From NCBI GenBank assembly GCA_044356215.1, contig JBIKWQ010000005.1:1699-65698 (forward strand): DNA of 64,000 bases, in the 5' to 3' direction. The translations under genes and the position numbers were made by a program. The notes under the pieces are model-generated. The model ran no database searches. It was not told the origin of the DNA and saw only the letters and a list, made by a program, of their open reading frames with translations. This DNA comes from Bdellovibrionota bacterium. Lineage in GTDB: Bacteria; Bdellovibrionota_C; UBA2361; OMII01. Below are positions 1 to 8,661 of this stretch, piece by piece; within the stretch, counting starts at the first letter, position 1; each line of letters begins with the position of its first letter.

Positions 1-1
1 T

Positions 2-61
2 TCCAAGGATCATGCCGAACAACTTAGTGAGAGCAGGACAACGGAAGCGGAAAAAGAATGA
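2..61 (+). CDS. 3' end of a gene starting before the window (partial)
   Basis: Frame from position 2 is open (SKDHAEQLSESRTTEAEKE) to TGA at 59-61, which overlaps the ATG at 58 (ATGA coupling). Confidence 0.35.
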   Translation, partial: SKDHAEQLSESRTTEAEKE

Positions 62-792
62 GCTCAGGAGAGTCATCAACCAACCTATCCCAGGCAGAAC
101 GAGCACTGGCAAATATCTTGATCGTCGAGCCCGATCCGTCTGACCGCAATCTAATGCGCTCTACTTTGAAAGGCCTAGGATACACCGGCCTCTCCGAATC
201 CCCGAATCATTTAGCGTCTCTTGAAAAGTTTGAGGGACGTAAATTCACTCACATTATATTTGACGCTAAGAGAGGGAATTATCCGATTAAGGAGTGGTTC
301 ACTCAGATATTGGAGATCGCACCTAACATCATAGCCATACCTACTTCGGCAAATCCTTCAGTGGATGATGTGTTTGAGCTTCTATTGCTAGGAGCGAAGG
401 GATACTTAGTCAAACCGTACACCAGAGACTCGCTAGACCTCTCCGTTACTCTCGCTACTAAAGGCGAGCCGATCCCTGACATAGTGAAACAAGCACGGGA
501 TCGAAACGAGGCTTTAGTAGCGATTATGATGTCTAGTTTGGATCGTCTCGCTACAGTGCACAGACAGTCGCGCCAATTTGAGACAGCTCTGCGCGAGCTC
601 CCGCGGGCTGAGGCCGCGCTGCGACGCGCGTCAGACCTGGCGTTAATGTTCGCTAAAGGGGGAGAAGACGGGCTTGTTCGAGCCCTCGAACAGTTCTGCG
701 TGGCGAAGAGCCGCGGCCCAGCTACGCGACTCGGCCGCCTTAGAAAGAGATTATCGACATCTCGATTGGCCGATGATGTAACTGCCGATTAA
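58..792 (+). CDS. Response regulator: CheY-like receiver plus unrecognised C-terminal helical domain
   Basis: ILIVEPD, HIIFD (phosphoacceptor), IPTS, GAKGYLVKPY are receiver motifs; the last ~110 aa are not recognised. Confidence 0.8.
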   Translation: MSSGESSTNLSQAERALANILIVEPDPSDRNLMRSTLKGLGYTGLSESPNHLASLEKFEGRKFTHIIFDAKRGNYPIKEWFTQILEIAPNIIAIPTSANPSVDDVFELLLLGAKGYLVKPYTRDSLDLSVTLATKGEPIPDIVKQARDRNEALVAIMMSSLDRLATVHRQSRQFETALRELPRAEAALRRASDLALMFAKGGEDGLVRALEQFCVAKSRGPATRLGRLRKRLSTSRLADDVTAD

Positions 793-849
793 CGTCCTGG
801 CCCCGATTCATCTTGCCCTCATTCCCCTTTGGATGGCAGAATTATTTCG

Positions 850-1533
850 ATGATCCAATTTCGTGCCAAACTCCTCGCTTCGCTCGCAACCACCGCGGTA
901 TACGCGTTTCTACTTAATATAATCGCCACTGAAAGCTCAAGTTTGTCACTTGTAACGGCTCAACCACTTGAGAATCTAAAGGAGTCAACTCTCTGGAGGG
1001 ATTTTAATACGGGCAATACTACAAAACCTGTCCCTGGAAAGGCGCGCGATACCAAGGTATACGTCCCAACAAATTACGAATCCATCTTCGCGTCATCAAG
1101 GGGCGCAGCTTCCTTACTCGAATGGGTCGGTGGCAGGATTCCTAATTTCAAGCTAGACCGCAGCCATTGGGCTTTGAGCGATGATCACGCATTCGCGGAG
1201 GTTCATCTCTTAGACCGTCGTAGGAAGCGTGTCGTTATGACGATTCAGGTTCCCAAGCCGACATTTGAGGAGATGGCCGCTCTGAAAACGCTTAATAGTT
1301 TCAATCGCTACCGACCGCCAGCTTTAGCGGTCGCCGCACAACAGAAGATCAAGATTAGGGGCATCGAAGCTGATTACTTTCGGGGCGAAGATGGAGCTTG
1401 TTCAATACTGATTCCGATAGTCCATAAAGGTATAATAAATCTAAGTGTCGAGAAGTGTATTGAGTCACGGATGATGTTTGATGCCGCTGAAGCTCTCGAT
1501 ATCGAGCGTCTTAATATGAAATTGAATTCGTAA
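850..1533 (+). CDS. Hypothetical exported or membrane-anchored protein
   Basis: Long ORF with a basic then hydrophobic N-terminus (RAKLLASLATTAVYAFLLNIIA). ATG at 850 preferred over the track's TTG at 829. Confidence 0.6.
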   Translation: MIQFRAKLLASLATTAVYAFLLNIIATESSSLSLVTAQPLENLKESTLWRDFNTGNTTKPVPGKARDTKVYVPTNYESIFASSRGAASLLEWVGGRIPNFKLDRSHWALSDDHAFAEVHLLDRRRKRVVMTIQVPKPTFEEMAALKTLNSFNRYRPPALAVAAQQKIKIRGIEADYFRGEDGACSILIPIVHKGIINLSVEKCIESRMMFDAAEALDIERLNMKLNS

Positions 1534-1561
1534 CTACTAAGCGTATTTCTACGCGCTAACT

Positions 1562-3046
1562 TCATCTAGCGCCTGTGCCTAACAGCACCGCTGGGATTGT
1601 TTTCAGAATTAGCGCTATATCCCTTCCGAGGGACCAGTTGTCTATATACTGAAGGTCTAACGCCACCCAGTCTTGGAAGTCAGAGATATTGTTGCGGCCA
1701 CTGACCTGCCAGGTGCACGTTAGCCCAGGACGCATTGAGAGCCGCCTCCTACTCTTCCTGTCATACATAGAGACCTCTCCAGGAATCGGGGGGCGAGGAC
1801 CGACCAGACTCATGTCACCGAGAAATACATTCCACAGCTGCGGCAACTCATCTAAACTGAAACGTCGCATAAAGCGACCAAACGGGGTGATTCGGGGATC
1901 GTCTTTCATCTTGAAAGCCGGTCCTGACATCTCGTTGTTGACCTTTAATGTGCCAAGCTCCTTCTCAGATCCTACATACATCGAGCGAAACTTAAACATA
2001 TGGAACAAACGTCCATTTAGTCCCATCCTGATCTGCCTAAAGATAACAGGTCCAGGGGTGCGCCTAACTCCCAACGATAAAATTAGAAACAGGGGCGCTA
2101 GCGCTATCAAAGCTACGCCAGATACAACAACGTCGATCAATCTCTTTAAGGCGAGCTTCCAGTCATCTCCAGGAGGGGTTTGAAAATGTATCAGCGGCAT
2201 GCCACCAAAATAGCTGATCTCGGATTGTATTAGACCGATACTGAATATGTCTGCGGCGATCGTAGTGCGCACCCCCTGATCAGCGCAAATTAAGATGACC
2301 TCTTCTACCTGTGGCATCACGGAGATAACATCTGTGAATATAATCTCATCGATGGCATAGGTCTTAAGAGCTTGTTCAACATCCTCAACTCCTCGCAGTA
2401 TTCTTCCTGTCTGAAGCGAACCTCCCAACTCACTCTTTAACCTTAGGGATCTGGATGCGTCCGCTCGATCCGAACCACTCAGATCCGCGAAGGCCCTAAT
2501 ATGGATCCCCAACTCAGGTCTTGAGGCTAACTCGCGAGCGAGTCGGATAGCTTGTTCTCCCACTCCACAAACGATGATGTTCCTGTAATTGCGCCCAAGG
2601 CGACGCCAATACCTTAGTAGCTTTAAAACTACGTACCGCTGCAGCGCCAGTCCACATCCGGAGAGGATCGCGAAGAGCGCGATAAAGGAACGACTGATCG
2701 GGTACTTTAAAAGGAATAACGCGGCTGCCACTACGAAAAAAACCGCCGCGCTACTCACGAAGGCGACTTTAAAAAGTCTCCACACCGAGCTTAGGCGCAT
2801 ACTCCCGTAAGCGCCCATCAAATTGAGAACTATCGCGTAAGCGATCAACCCTACTAGGAGGACAACGAAATACTCCTTAATCGGCAGTAAAGCTTCTCCC
2901 TCAAACGGTAGGTTGAGATTGAACTTCTCATTCCAGAAAAGAAGTGAGGAGCGACCAAAATACGCCGATAGGAAAGCCGCTATGATGACTAAGTTGTCAC
3001 CAATTCTCTCCAGAGCAGCTATAAGTCGCCAATTTTGCTTGAGCAT
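1562..3046 (-). CDS. Polyprenyl-phosphate sugar phosphotransferase (WcaJ/CpsE-like priming glycosyltransferase)
   Basis: N-terminal TM helices, IIVCGVGEQA Rossmann-like segment, and Bac_transf motifs KRLIDV, FKFRSM, DDPRITPFGRFMRRFSLDELPQLWNV, GDMSLVGPRP, PGLTCTWQVSGRN. Confidence 0.93.
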   Translation of the reverse strand: MLKQNWRLIAALERIGDNLVIIAAFLSAYFGRSSLLFWNEKFNLNLPFEGEALLPIKEYFVVLLVGLIAYAIVLNLMGAYGSMRLSSVWRLFKVAFVSSAAVFFVVAAALFLLKYPISRSFIALFAILSGCGLALQRYVVLKLLRYWRRLGRNYRNIIVCGVGEQAIRLARELASRPELGIHIRAFADLSGSDRADASRSLRLKSELGGSLQTGRILRGVEDVEQALKTYAIDEIIFTDVISVMPQVEEVILICADQGVRTTIAADIFSIGLIQSEISYFGGMPLIHFQTPPGDDWKLALKRLIDVVVSGVALIALAPLFLILSLGVRRTPGPVIFRQIRMGLNGRLFHMFKFRSMYVGSEKELGTLKVNNEMSGPAFKMKDDPRITPFGRFMRRFSLDELPQLWNVFLGDMSLVGPRPPIPGEVSMYDRKSRRRLSMRPGLTCTWQVSGRNNISDFQDWVALDLQYIDNWSLGRDIALILKTIPAVLLGTGAR

Positions 3047-3125
3047 GGCGGAATAGTAAGGAATCGCGGGGTTGGAAACAAGATGGTTAGGCGTAACTAC
3101 TCACCGGATTCTTGGATCGTCGAGG

Positions 3126-4394
3126 CTACTGACCTGCTTTACCCCGCTGCCTCAACCAAGCTAACCGCTCTCCAATGACCTTCTCGGCTCCTCGCTCGCT
3201 CGGCTCATACATGGCGGGAACTCGCACCTCATCTGGCAAATAGCGGACCCCAGAGGCATAACCGTTATCCTCATCGTGAGGATAACGATAACCAGCACCG
3301 TAACCCACTGCTTTCATCAGCGAGGTCTCAGCGTTTCTTAAATGCAGAGGCACAACGGCACTCGGGTATCTATTCACCGCCTCTATCGCGCGGTGCATCG
3401 CCACATAGCTCCGATTAGATTTCGGTGCCGTAGCGAGGTAGGTGATACACTGAGCTATAGGAATTCGTCCTTCCGGCAAACCAACTAGATCAAAAGCCTG
3501 AAGTGTTGATACCGCTAACTGTAAAGCTCGCGGGTCGGCATTGCCGATATCCTCACTAGCAAAGATAACCATGCGCCTAATTAAAAAACGTGGGTCCTCT
3601 CCGCCGTTGAGCATACGGAATCCGTAATACAGGGCGGCATCGGCGTCTGAGCCACGCAAACTCTTGATGAAAGCCGAGGCAATATTGTAGTGCTCTTCTC
3701 CATCTCGGTCATACACCGCTGTATGGGCTTTCTTGAGAAACTCAAGCACCTGTTCTTCCGAGACGCTGGCGAGCTGCGCCCCCGATCCGCGAAAGGCCTC
3801 AAGAAATGACTCAAGCGAATTAAGAAGGCGCCTTCCATCACCCCCACTTGCCCTAATCAAAGCGAGCCTCGCCGCTTCAGGAAGATCTATCTGATAGTGC
3901 GCTTCTCCACGACCTAGCACACCGAGCAAAGCCTCATCACTTAGTGGCGAAAGCACTACCACTCGACAACGCGAAAGCAAAGCGCCCGTTAGATAAAACG
4001 ATGGATTTTCAGTCGTAGCTCCGATTAGCGCTATAATTCCAGACTCAACATGCGGCAGAAACGCGTCCTGCTGCGCCTTATTGAAGCGGTGGATCTCATC
4101 GACGAACAAAAGTGTCGGCCGAGGTAAGTCTTTGGCTTTCTCGACAACCTCGCGAACATCCTTTACACCCGATAGAACCGCGGATAGCTCCACAAATTCG
4201 CAATCAAAAGCTGAGCCGATCAACTTAGCTAATGTCGTCTTTCCGGATCCTGGTGGCCCCCAAAGAATTAGGGAGGGCAACCTTCCGGACCCTGATTTAA
4301 GCTGCTTTATGAGATGCGGATCAATCGCGTTAAGACCACACAGGTCATCGATCGTCTTGGGGCGCAGTAGCTCCGCTAGAGGGACCTGACTCAT
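3126..4394 (-). CDS. rarA: Replication-associated recombination protein A (RarA/MgsA AAA+ ATPase)
   Basis: LRPKTIDD, WGPPGSGKTT, LFVDEIHRFNKAQQDAFLP, GATTENP, SAFIKSLRGSDADAA, ASEDIGNADP, VPLHLRNA. Confidence 0.96.
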   Translation of the reverse strand: MSQVPLAELLRPKTIDDLCGLNAIDPHLIKQLKSGSGRLPSLILWGPPGSGKTTLAKLIGSAFDCEFVELSAVLSGVKDVREVVEKAKDLPRPTLLFVDEIHRFNKAQQDAFLPHVESGIIALIGATTENPSFYLTGALLSRCRVVVLSPLSDEALLGVLGRGEAHYQIDLPEAARLALIRASGGDGRRLLNSLESFLEAFRGSGAQLASVSEEQVLEFLKKAHTAVYDRDGEEHYNIASAFIKSLRGSDADAALYYGFRMLNGGEDPRFLIRRMVIFASEDIGNADPRALQLAVSTLQAFDLVGLPEGRIPIAQCITYLATAPKSNRSYVAMHRAIEAVNRYPSAVVPLHLRNAETSLMKAVGYGAGYRYPHDEDNGYASGVRYLPDEVRVPAMYEPSERGAEKVIGERLAWLRQRGKAGQ

Positions 4395-5746
4395 AACTCA
4401 GATAGAAACCAGCACACGTACCGATATCCCTCCTCGAACTGCCTAAGGGAGAACGACTCGTTAGGCGAGTGGATATTGTCCTGATCAAGACCGAAACCTA
4501 CCAAGAGTGGCTCTGTTCCTGAAGCTTTAGCGAGCTTAGGAATAATTGGGATGCTGGCTCCATTCCAAATATATACCGGCTTTACCCCGAATCCTTTCTC
4601 TATCGCTCGCTCAGCTACCTTGAGAATCTCTGAATCAACTGACAAGCGTAGCGCTGGTCCACCCACTGAGAGGTCACCAACCTCAACTCTAGTCCCTTCT
4701 GGCGCGACACTCTGGAGATATGAGGCAACTTTATCGAGGGTCTTTTGCGGATCCTGTCCCGCCACCAGTCGCATTGATAACTTGGCTATGCCGTAAGATG
4801 GAATAACGGTTTTGCCACCTGCTCCTTGATATCCTCCACCGATCCCGTTGATCTCAAGCGTAGGTCTAAGGCCCCTTCGTACAAGAGGTTCAAAGCGCGA
4901 CTCTCCTCCGGAGAGCGGCACTCCAAGAAAATCACTCATATGCTTTAGATCTATCGGTGCCGCCGTGACCATATCGATCTCCTGCGCGCTTGGCTCACTA
5001 GATCCATCATAGAATCCGGGCACCGCCACGGATCCATCGTCTTTATGAAGTGATGCTACGATCTTTACCAGCGCCTGAAGTGGATTGCGAACAACTCCAC
5101 CGTACATGCCGGAATGAATATCCATCTTTGGACCATAGACTCGAAGCTCGCAGTGGGCGATACCTCGTAGCCCCATCGTGATCGCTGGCCTTCCCGGCTC
5201 AAGCATATCGGTATCACAAACCATCATGATGTCCGCTTTCAGTTGATCACTCCAGTTAGTGACTTCCGAGTGCAAAGCCTCGCTTCCACTCTCCTCCTCT
5301 CCCTCGATCAAAATCTTTATCGTCGGAAGCTCGATGCCTGAAGCAATCAATGCCTCTATCGCCTTAAAAAAGAAGAACACCTGCCCCTTATTATCCTCAG
5401 CTCCTCGAGCATACATGCGTTCCTCACGGATAGTCCCCTTGAATGGGTCACTCTTCCAGAGGTCAAGCGGATCTACGGGCTGAACATCGTAATGCCCATA
5501 GAACAGAACAGTTGGTTTGCTTGGATCACCTTTGCGCTCAGCGAACACAACCGGGAGGAATTCAGATCTCCAGAGACTCGCCGTAAATCCCAATTTAGAT
5601 AGATGCGACCGCACCCAATCCGCACATGCTTCACAGTCGCTCGTATACGAGGGGTCCGCGCTTATACTTTTAAACGATAGGAACTCCTTCCACTCGGATA
5701 CAAATCGGTCTTGATGCTCTAAAAAATATCGCTGTATTTCCGTCAT
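4391..5746 (-). CDS. M20 family dipeptidase (Dug1/CNDP-like)
   Basis: YGHYDVQP, ARGAEDNKGQ, EGEEESGS, DIHSG, GASIP, NIHSPNE. Start placed at 5746 (AAAAGGGA upstream); stop overlaps the rarA start. Confidence 0.92.
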   Translation of the reverse strand: MTEIQRYFLEHQDRFVSEWKEFLSFKSISADPSYTSDCEACADWVRSHLSKLGFTASLWRSEFLPVVFAERKGDPSKPTVLFYGHYDVQPVDPLDLWKSDPFKGTIREERMYARGAEDNKGQVFFFFKAIEALIASGIELPTIKILIEGEEESGSEALHSEVTNWSDQLKADIMMVCDTDMLEPGRPAITMGLRGIAHCELRVYGPKMDIHSGMYGGVVRNPLQALVKIVASLHKDDGSVAVPGFYDGSSEPSAQEIDMVTAAPIDLKHMSDFLGVPLSGGESRFEPLVRRGLRPTLEINGIGGGYQGAGGKTVIPSYGIAKLSMRLVAGQDPQKTLDKVASYLQSVAPEGTRVEVGDLSVGGPALRLSVDSEILKVAERAIEKGFGVKPVYIWNGASIPIIPKLAKASGTEPLLVGFGLDQDNIHSPNESFSLRQFEEGYRYVCWFLSEL

Positions 5747-5762
5747 AGCGTCCCTTTTAATC

Positions 5763-5941
5763 ATCCTAAAAAGAGCAGTTAAGGAGGATGAAAATGGTGC
5801 AGATGCTCAAAAGCACGCGGGATTTTTGAATTTTTCGGAGCGCAACCCTGGCACCGTCAGGGTGAGCACCGAAAATTCAAAAGCCAAAGTGATTTTGAGC
5901 AGATGCGCCGTTTTCAGACCCGCAACTGCTCTTTTTAGGAT
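5763..5941 (+). repeat. 179-bp imperfect palindromic dispersed element, copy 1
   Basis: 18-bp perfect terminal inverted repeat (ATCCTAAAAAGAGCAGTT / AACTGCTCTTTTTAGGAT); nested inner stems; core nearly identical to the reverse complement of 35032-35210. Confidence 0.92.
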
Positions 5942-6081
5942 CGTTATTACGACATCATGCCACCAAATACGCGATTTTAAAAACAGATAACTACTCACCA
6001 CCCCCAGACATTTATGCCGTTGCGCTCTGCTGACATGAGTGCGATTATTCCACGGTAAAGTTTTAATATAAAATAAGAATT

Positions 6082-6633
6082 ATGAAGACGATCAAAGCAC
6101 TACTATTAACGTCTCTTATAGCCGTATCGGCGACCAATCTCTCAGGTTGCTCATGGTTTAGCTCAGGCAGTGGTGAATCCGAGGATGGCGCGCTATCAGA
6201 GTCAGATCTTGCCGCTCAACGTGAGGGCCGATTTGGGGCTGGAAATATCCCAACCGCCGAGGGCAACGGGATGTTTAGAGATATTCACTTCGGTTTTGAC
6301 TCATACGCAATCGATGGCGCCTCTAGAAACGATCTCGAGGCTAATGCTCGTGTTCTAACCGAGAAGAGTGACCTACGTGTGGTTATCGAGGGACACTGCG
6401 ACGAGCGAGGAACCGCAGAATACAACATGGCCCTGGGCGCTGAGCGTGCACGCGCGGTCAAGTCCGCTTTGGTGGCGCTTGGGATCGGGTCATCGCGGAT
6501 CGATACGATCAGTTACGGAGAGGAGATCCCGCTAGACCCTAGCGGAAGCGAAGAAGCTCACGCCAAGAATCGTCGCGCTCACTTCGCCGCCGGCGGTAAT
6601 AAGGGCGCTGCTAGTAAAGAATCGCGTTATTAA
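6082..6633 (+). CDS. pal: Peptidoglycan-associated lipoprotein (Pal/OmpA_C)
   Basis: Lipobox LSGC; IHFGFDS, VVIEGHCDERGTAEYNMALGAERARAV, TISYGEEIP, KNRRA. Confidence 0.92.
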   Translation: MKTIKALLLTSLIAVSATNLSGCSWFSSGSGESEDGALSESDLAAQREGRFGAGNIPTAEGNGMFRDIHFGFDSYAIDGASRNDLEANARVLTEKSDLRVVIEGHCDERGTAEYNMALGAERARAVKSALVALGIGSSRIDTISYGEEIPLDPSGSEEAHAKNRRAHFAAGGNKGAASKESRY

Positions 6634-6708
6634 CCGAAAAAAGAAGACTCTCGCCGTCCGTGGCATGTATCAGCTTCCATGCTGAACAGTCTTCCATGGC
6701 TCAACGCC

Positions 6709-7227
6709 CTAGGCGCGTGAGCCATGTCCGATTCCTCGGCGCCCCCTCCTTGCTGGGCTAGGTTTTACGACTGCCTTTAACTCTCTCTCGGCTTTTATTT
6801 TTCTCAGCTCATTAGGAAGGCGCCAACCGCCGGAGCGAGGTTGCTCCTCATCGGTGAAGAGCAACTTATTGGAGCACCCGTAATCCTCTAACGCGTCTAT
6901 AAAACTCAGCGTCGCGCGTCGGGCGTACTCAAGGATGAAGAACTTAAGAGATCTGTGTGAGTGAGCCAAAGACCTGCGCAGGTCTCGATCAACTGGCATC
7001 ATGACATCCCCATTCTCCAGGAATGCCGCTCTAAAGCGGGCGCAGAGGTCCTCAACGGTTGTGAGGTTATCCCATTCCATAAGCTCTATAACCCGATGAG
7101 CTTTGGTTCGCTTTCCTTCTCTAAGAACGATAAAGCGGGCGACGAATGCTGTGCGCCTGGCTTTTATTATCTCTTCTTCTGATACTTCTCTACCACCGAA
7201 CTTAACATCAACAACTTCTGTAACCAT
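6709..7227 (-). CDS. Hypothetical protein
   Basis: Protein-like composition; start placed at ATG 7227 with AGGAAG upstream (track start 7320); no family recognised. Confidence 0.7.
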   Translation of the reverse strand: MVTEVVDVKFGGREVSEEEIIKARRTAFVARFIVLREGKRTKAHRVIELMEWDNLTTVEDLCARFRAAFLENGDVMMPVDRDLRRSLAHSHRSLKFFILEYARRATLSFIDALEDYGCSNKLLFTDEEQPRSGGWRLPNELRKIKAERELKAVVKPSPARRGRRGIGHGSRA

Positions 7228-7466
7228 ACCGCAAACTTCCTGTACTGCTAGACTACTTTGGACGAGAAACGGGAATCCTTCCCCTGTCCCACTCGGAACA
7301 GCAGTCGCTCGATGTCTCACACCAGCAAACCACCATTGCCCAGCTAAAATAAGTTTCGGAGCATCCCTAATTTTTCTTAAACGTTATTTTATATGCGGAA
7401 ATTTCTGAGTAGATTTAACAACTTGCACAGCGCCTCTGCGGCACATTATCGCAGTCCCTTTCAAAA

Positions 7467-8660
7467 GTGACTCCGCCGCGGAAGTTTGGTCTAATCAGCG
7501 GATCTATGCCTGGATGCCCTGACAAAATTGAACGATTTACCAAAGACCGGATCGCTGTACTTCAGGACGATCTCGGAGACCTGCAAGCGGTAATAGTAGC
7601 TCCCGCTCAAGAGATCTCAGCGCCAGCGGTGAATCAGATCTTACACATGAGCGGAGGACTAACCTTCGTTGCCCTCTCACCCGAGAGAGCCGCGGCTTTT
7701 ATGCTGTCGCCGATGACGTCCCGAAACGTTAACTCTTCCTCGCTCTCTGCTACGCCACGATTCTCACAACTCACATCAGTAGAAGCTCGTGAAGGAGTCT
7801 CAACAGGAATCAGTGCCGCCGACCGCGCTCGAACGATCGGCATACTCGGGGCGCGAAGCCCTCATCCGCGCGCCTTGGTTAAACCTGGTCACATCTTCCC
7901 AGTCTCGACAAAGACAGGTGGTAGCCTGGTTAAGGCTGAGATACCGGAGGCCGCTTTGGATCTTGTTAAGCTGGCGGGCTTCTCTGATGCTGCGCTCTTC
8001 GTTGACCTGCTCGATCAGAACGGAGCTTTTATAACCGGCGATTCAGTCGCTGAATGGGCGGATAGGAACGCCATTCCGCTAATTTCAATCTCGGAATTGA
8101 TCAGGCACAGGCTGATCAAGGAACCCCTGATAACCAGGATAGCTGAATCATCACTCCCAACTCTGGCTGGCGGAGCTCTTAAGGCGTTCGTTTATCATTC
8201 AAAGATTAACGATGTGGAGCACGTAGCTTTAGTCAAGGGAGAGCTAAAAACCGACGAGCCTGTTTTAACACGAGTTCAGGTCGAAAATACCGTTGCCGAT
8301 GTTTTTGGTGGGGCGAATCCACCAACTAGAGAGCAGATCTCCAACGCCCTTAATGCTCTTAGTGAGAGCGAACGTGGGATACTACTCTACTTAAGACGCG
8401 CGTCACTGAATGAGACATTCGACCCACATGCGGCGAATCTTTCCAAACAAAACCACGATCACGCCGCGCCCCCTGGAATGCGCGAATACGGAGTTGGCGC
8501 GCAGATCCTGAGAGATCTGGGGATCTCAAACATTGAGCTGCTTTCCTCGACTAAGAGAAACTTAATCGGTTTAGATACTTTCGGCATCACAATAGTATCA
8601 CAGCGGGCGATACCGTCACTGAACGCGGCGTCATTGGATTCAATTTCTACGGAGTCATAA
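7467..8660 (+). CDS. RibBA-like two-domain protein (DHBP synthase fold plus GTP cyclohydrolase II fold), both active sites degenerate
   Basis: Retains TGISAADRARTI, PGHIFP, HVALVKG, YGVGAQILRDLGI but lacks RENEGD, RxGHTE and the GCH-II zinc cysteines. Confidence 0.88.
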   Translation: MTPPRKFGLISGSMPGCPDKIERFTKDRIAVLQDDLGDLQAVIVAPAQEISAPAVNQILHMSGGLTFVALSPERAAAFMLSPMTSRNVNSSSLSATPRFSQLTSVEAREGVSTGISAADRARTIGILGARSPHPRALVKPGHIFPVSTKTGGSLVKAEIPEAALDLVKLAGFSDAALFVDLLDQNGAFITGDSVAEWADRNAIPLISISELIRHRLIKEPLITRIAESSLPTLAGGALKAFVYHSKINDVEHVALVKGELKTDEPVLTRVQVENTVADVFGGANPPTREQISNALNALSESERGILLYLRRASLNETFDPHAANLSKQNHDHAAPPGMREYGVGAQILRDLGISNIELLSSTKRNLIGLDTFGITIVSQRAIPSLNAASLDSISTES

Positions 8661-8661
8661 A

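Noticed and set aside
3094-5999. Exact 12-mer TAACTACTCACC at 3094 and 5988, both upstream of minus-strand genes
   Set aside because: About one such pair is expected by chance in this much intergenic DNA, and it matches no promoter consensus I know.
7228-7466. Possible FMN riboswitch upstream of the ribBA-like gene
   Set aside because: The conserved RFN blocks (AGGGCGGGGTGAAATTCCCGACCGGCGG-like) are absent.
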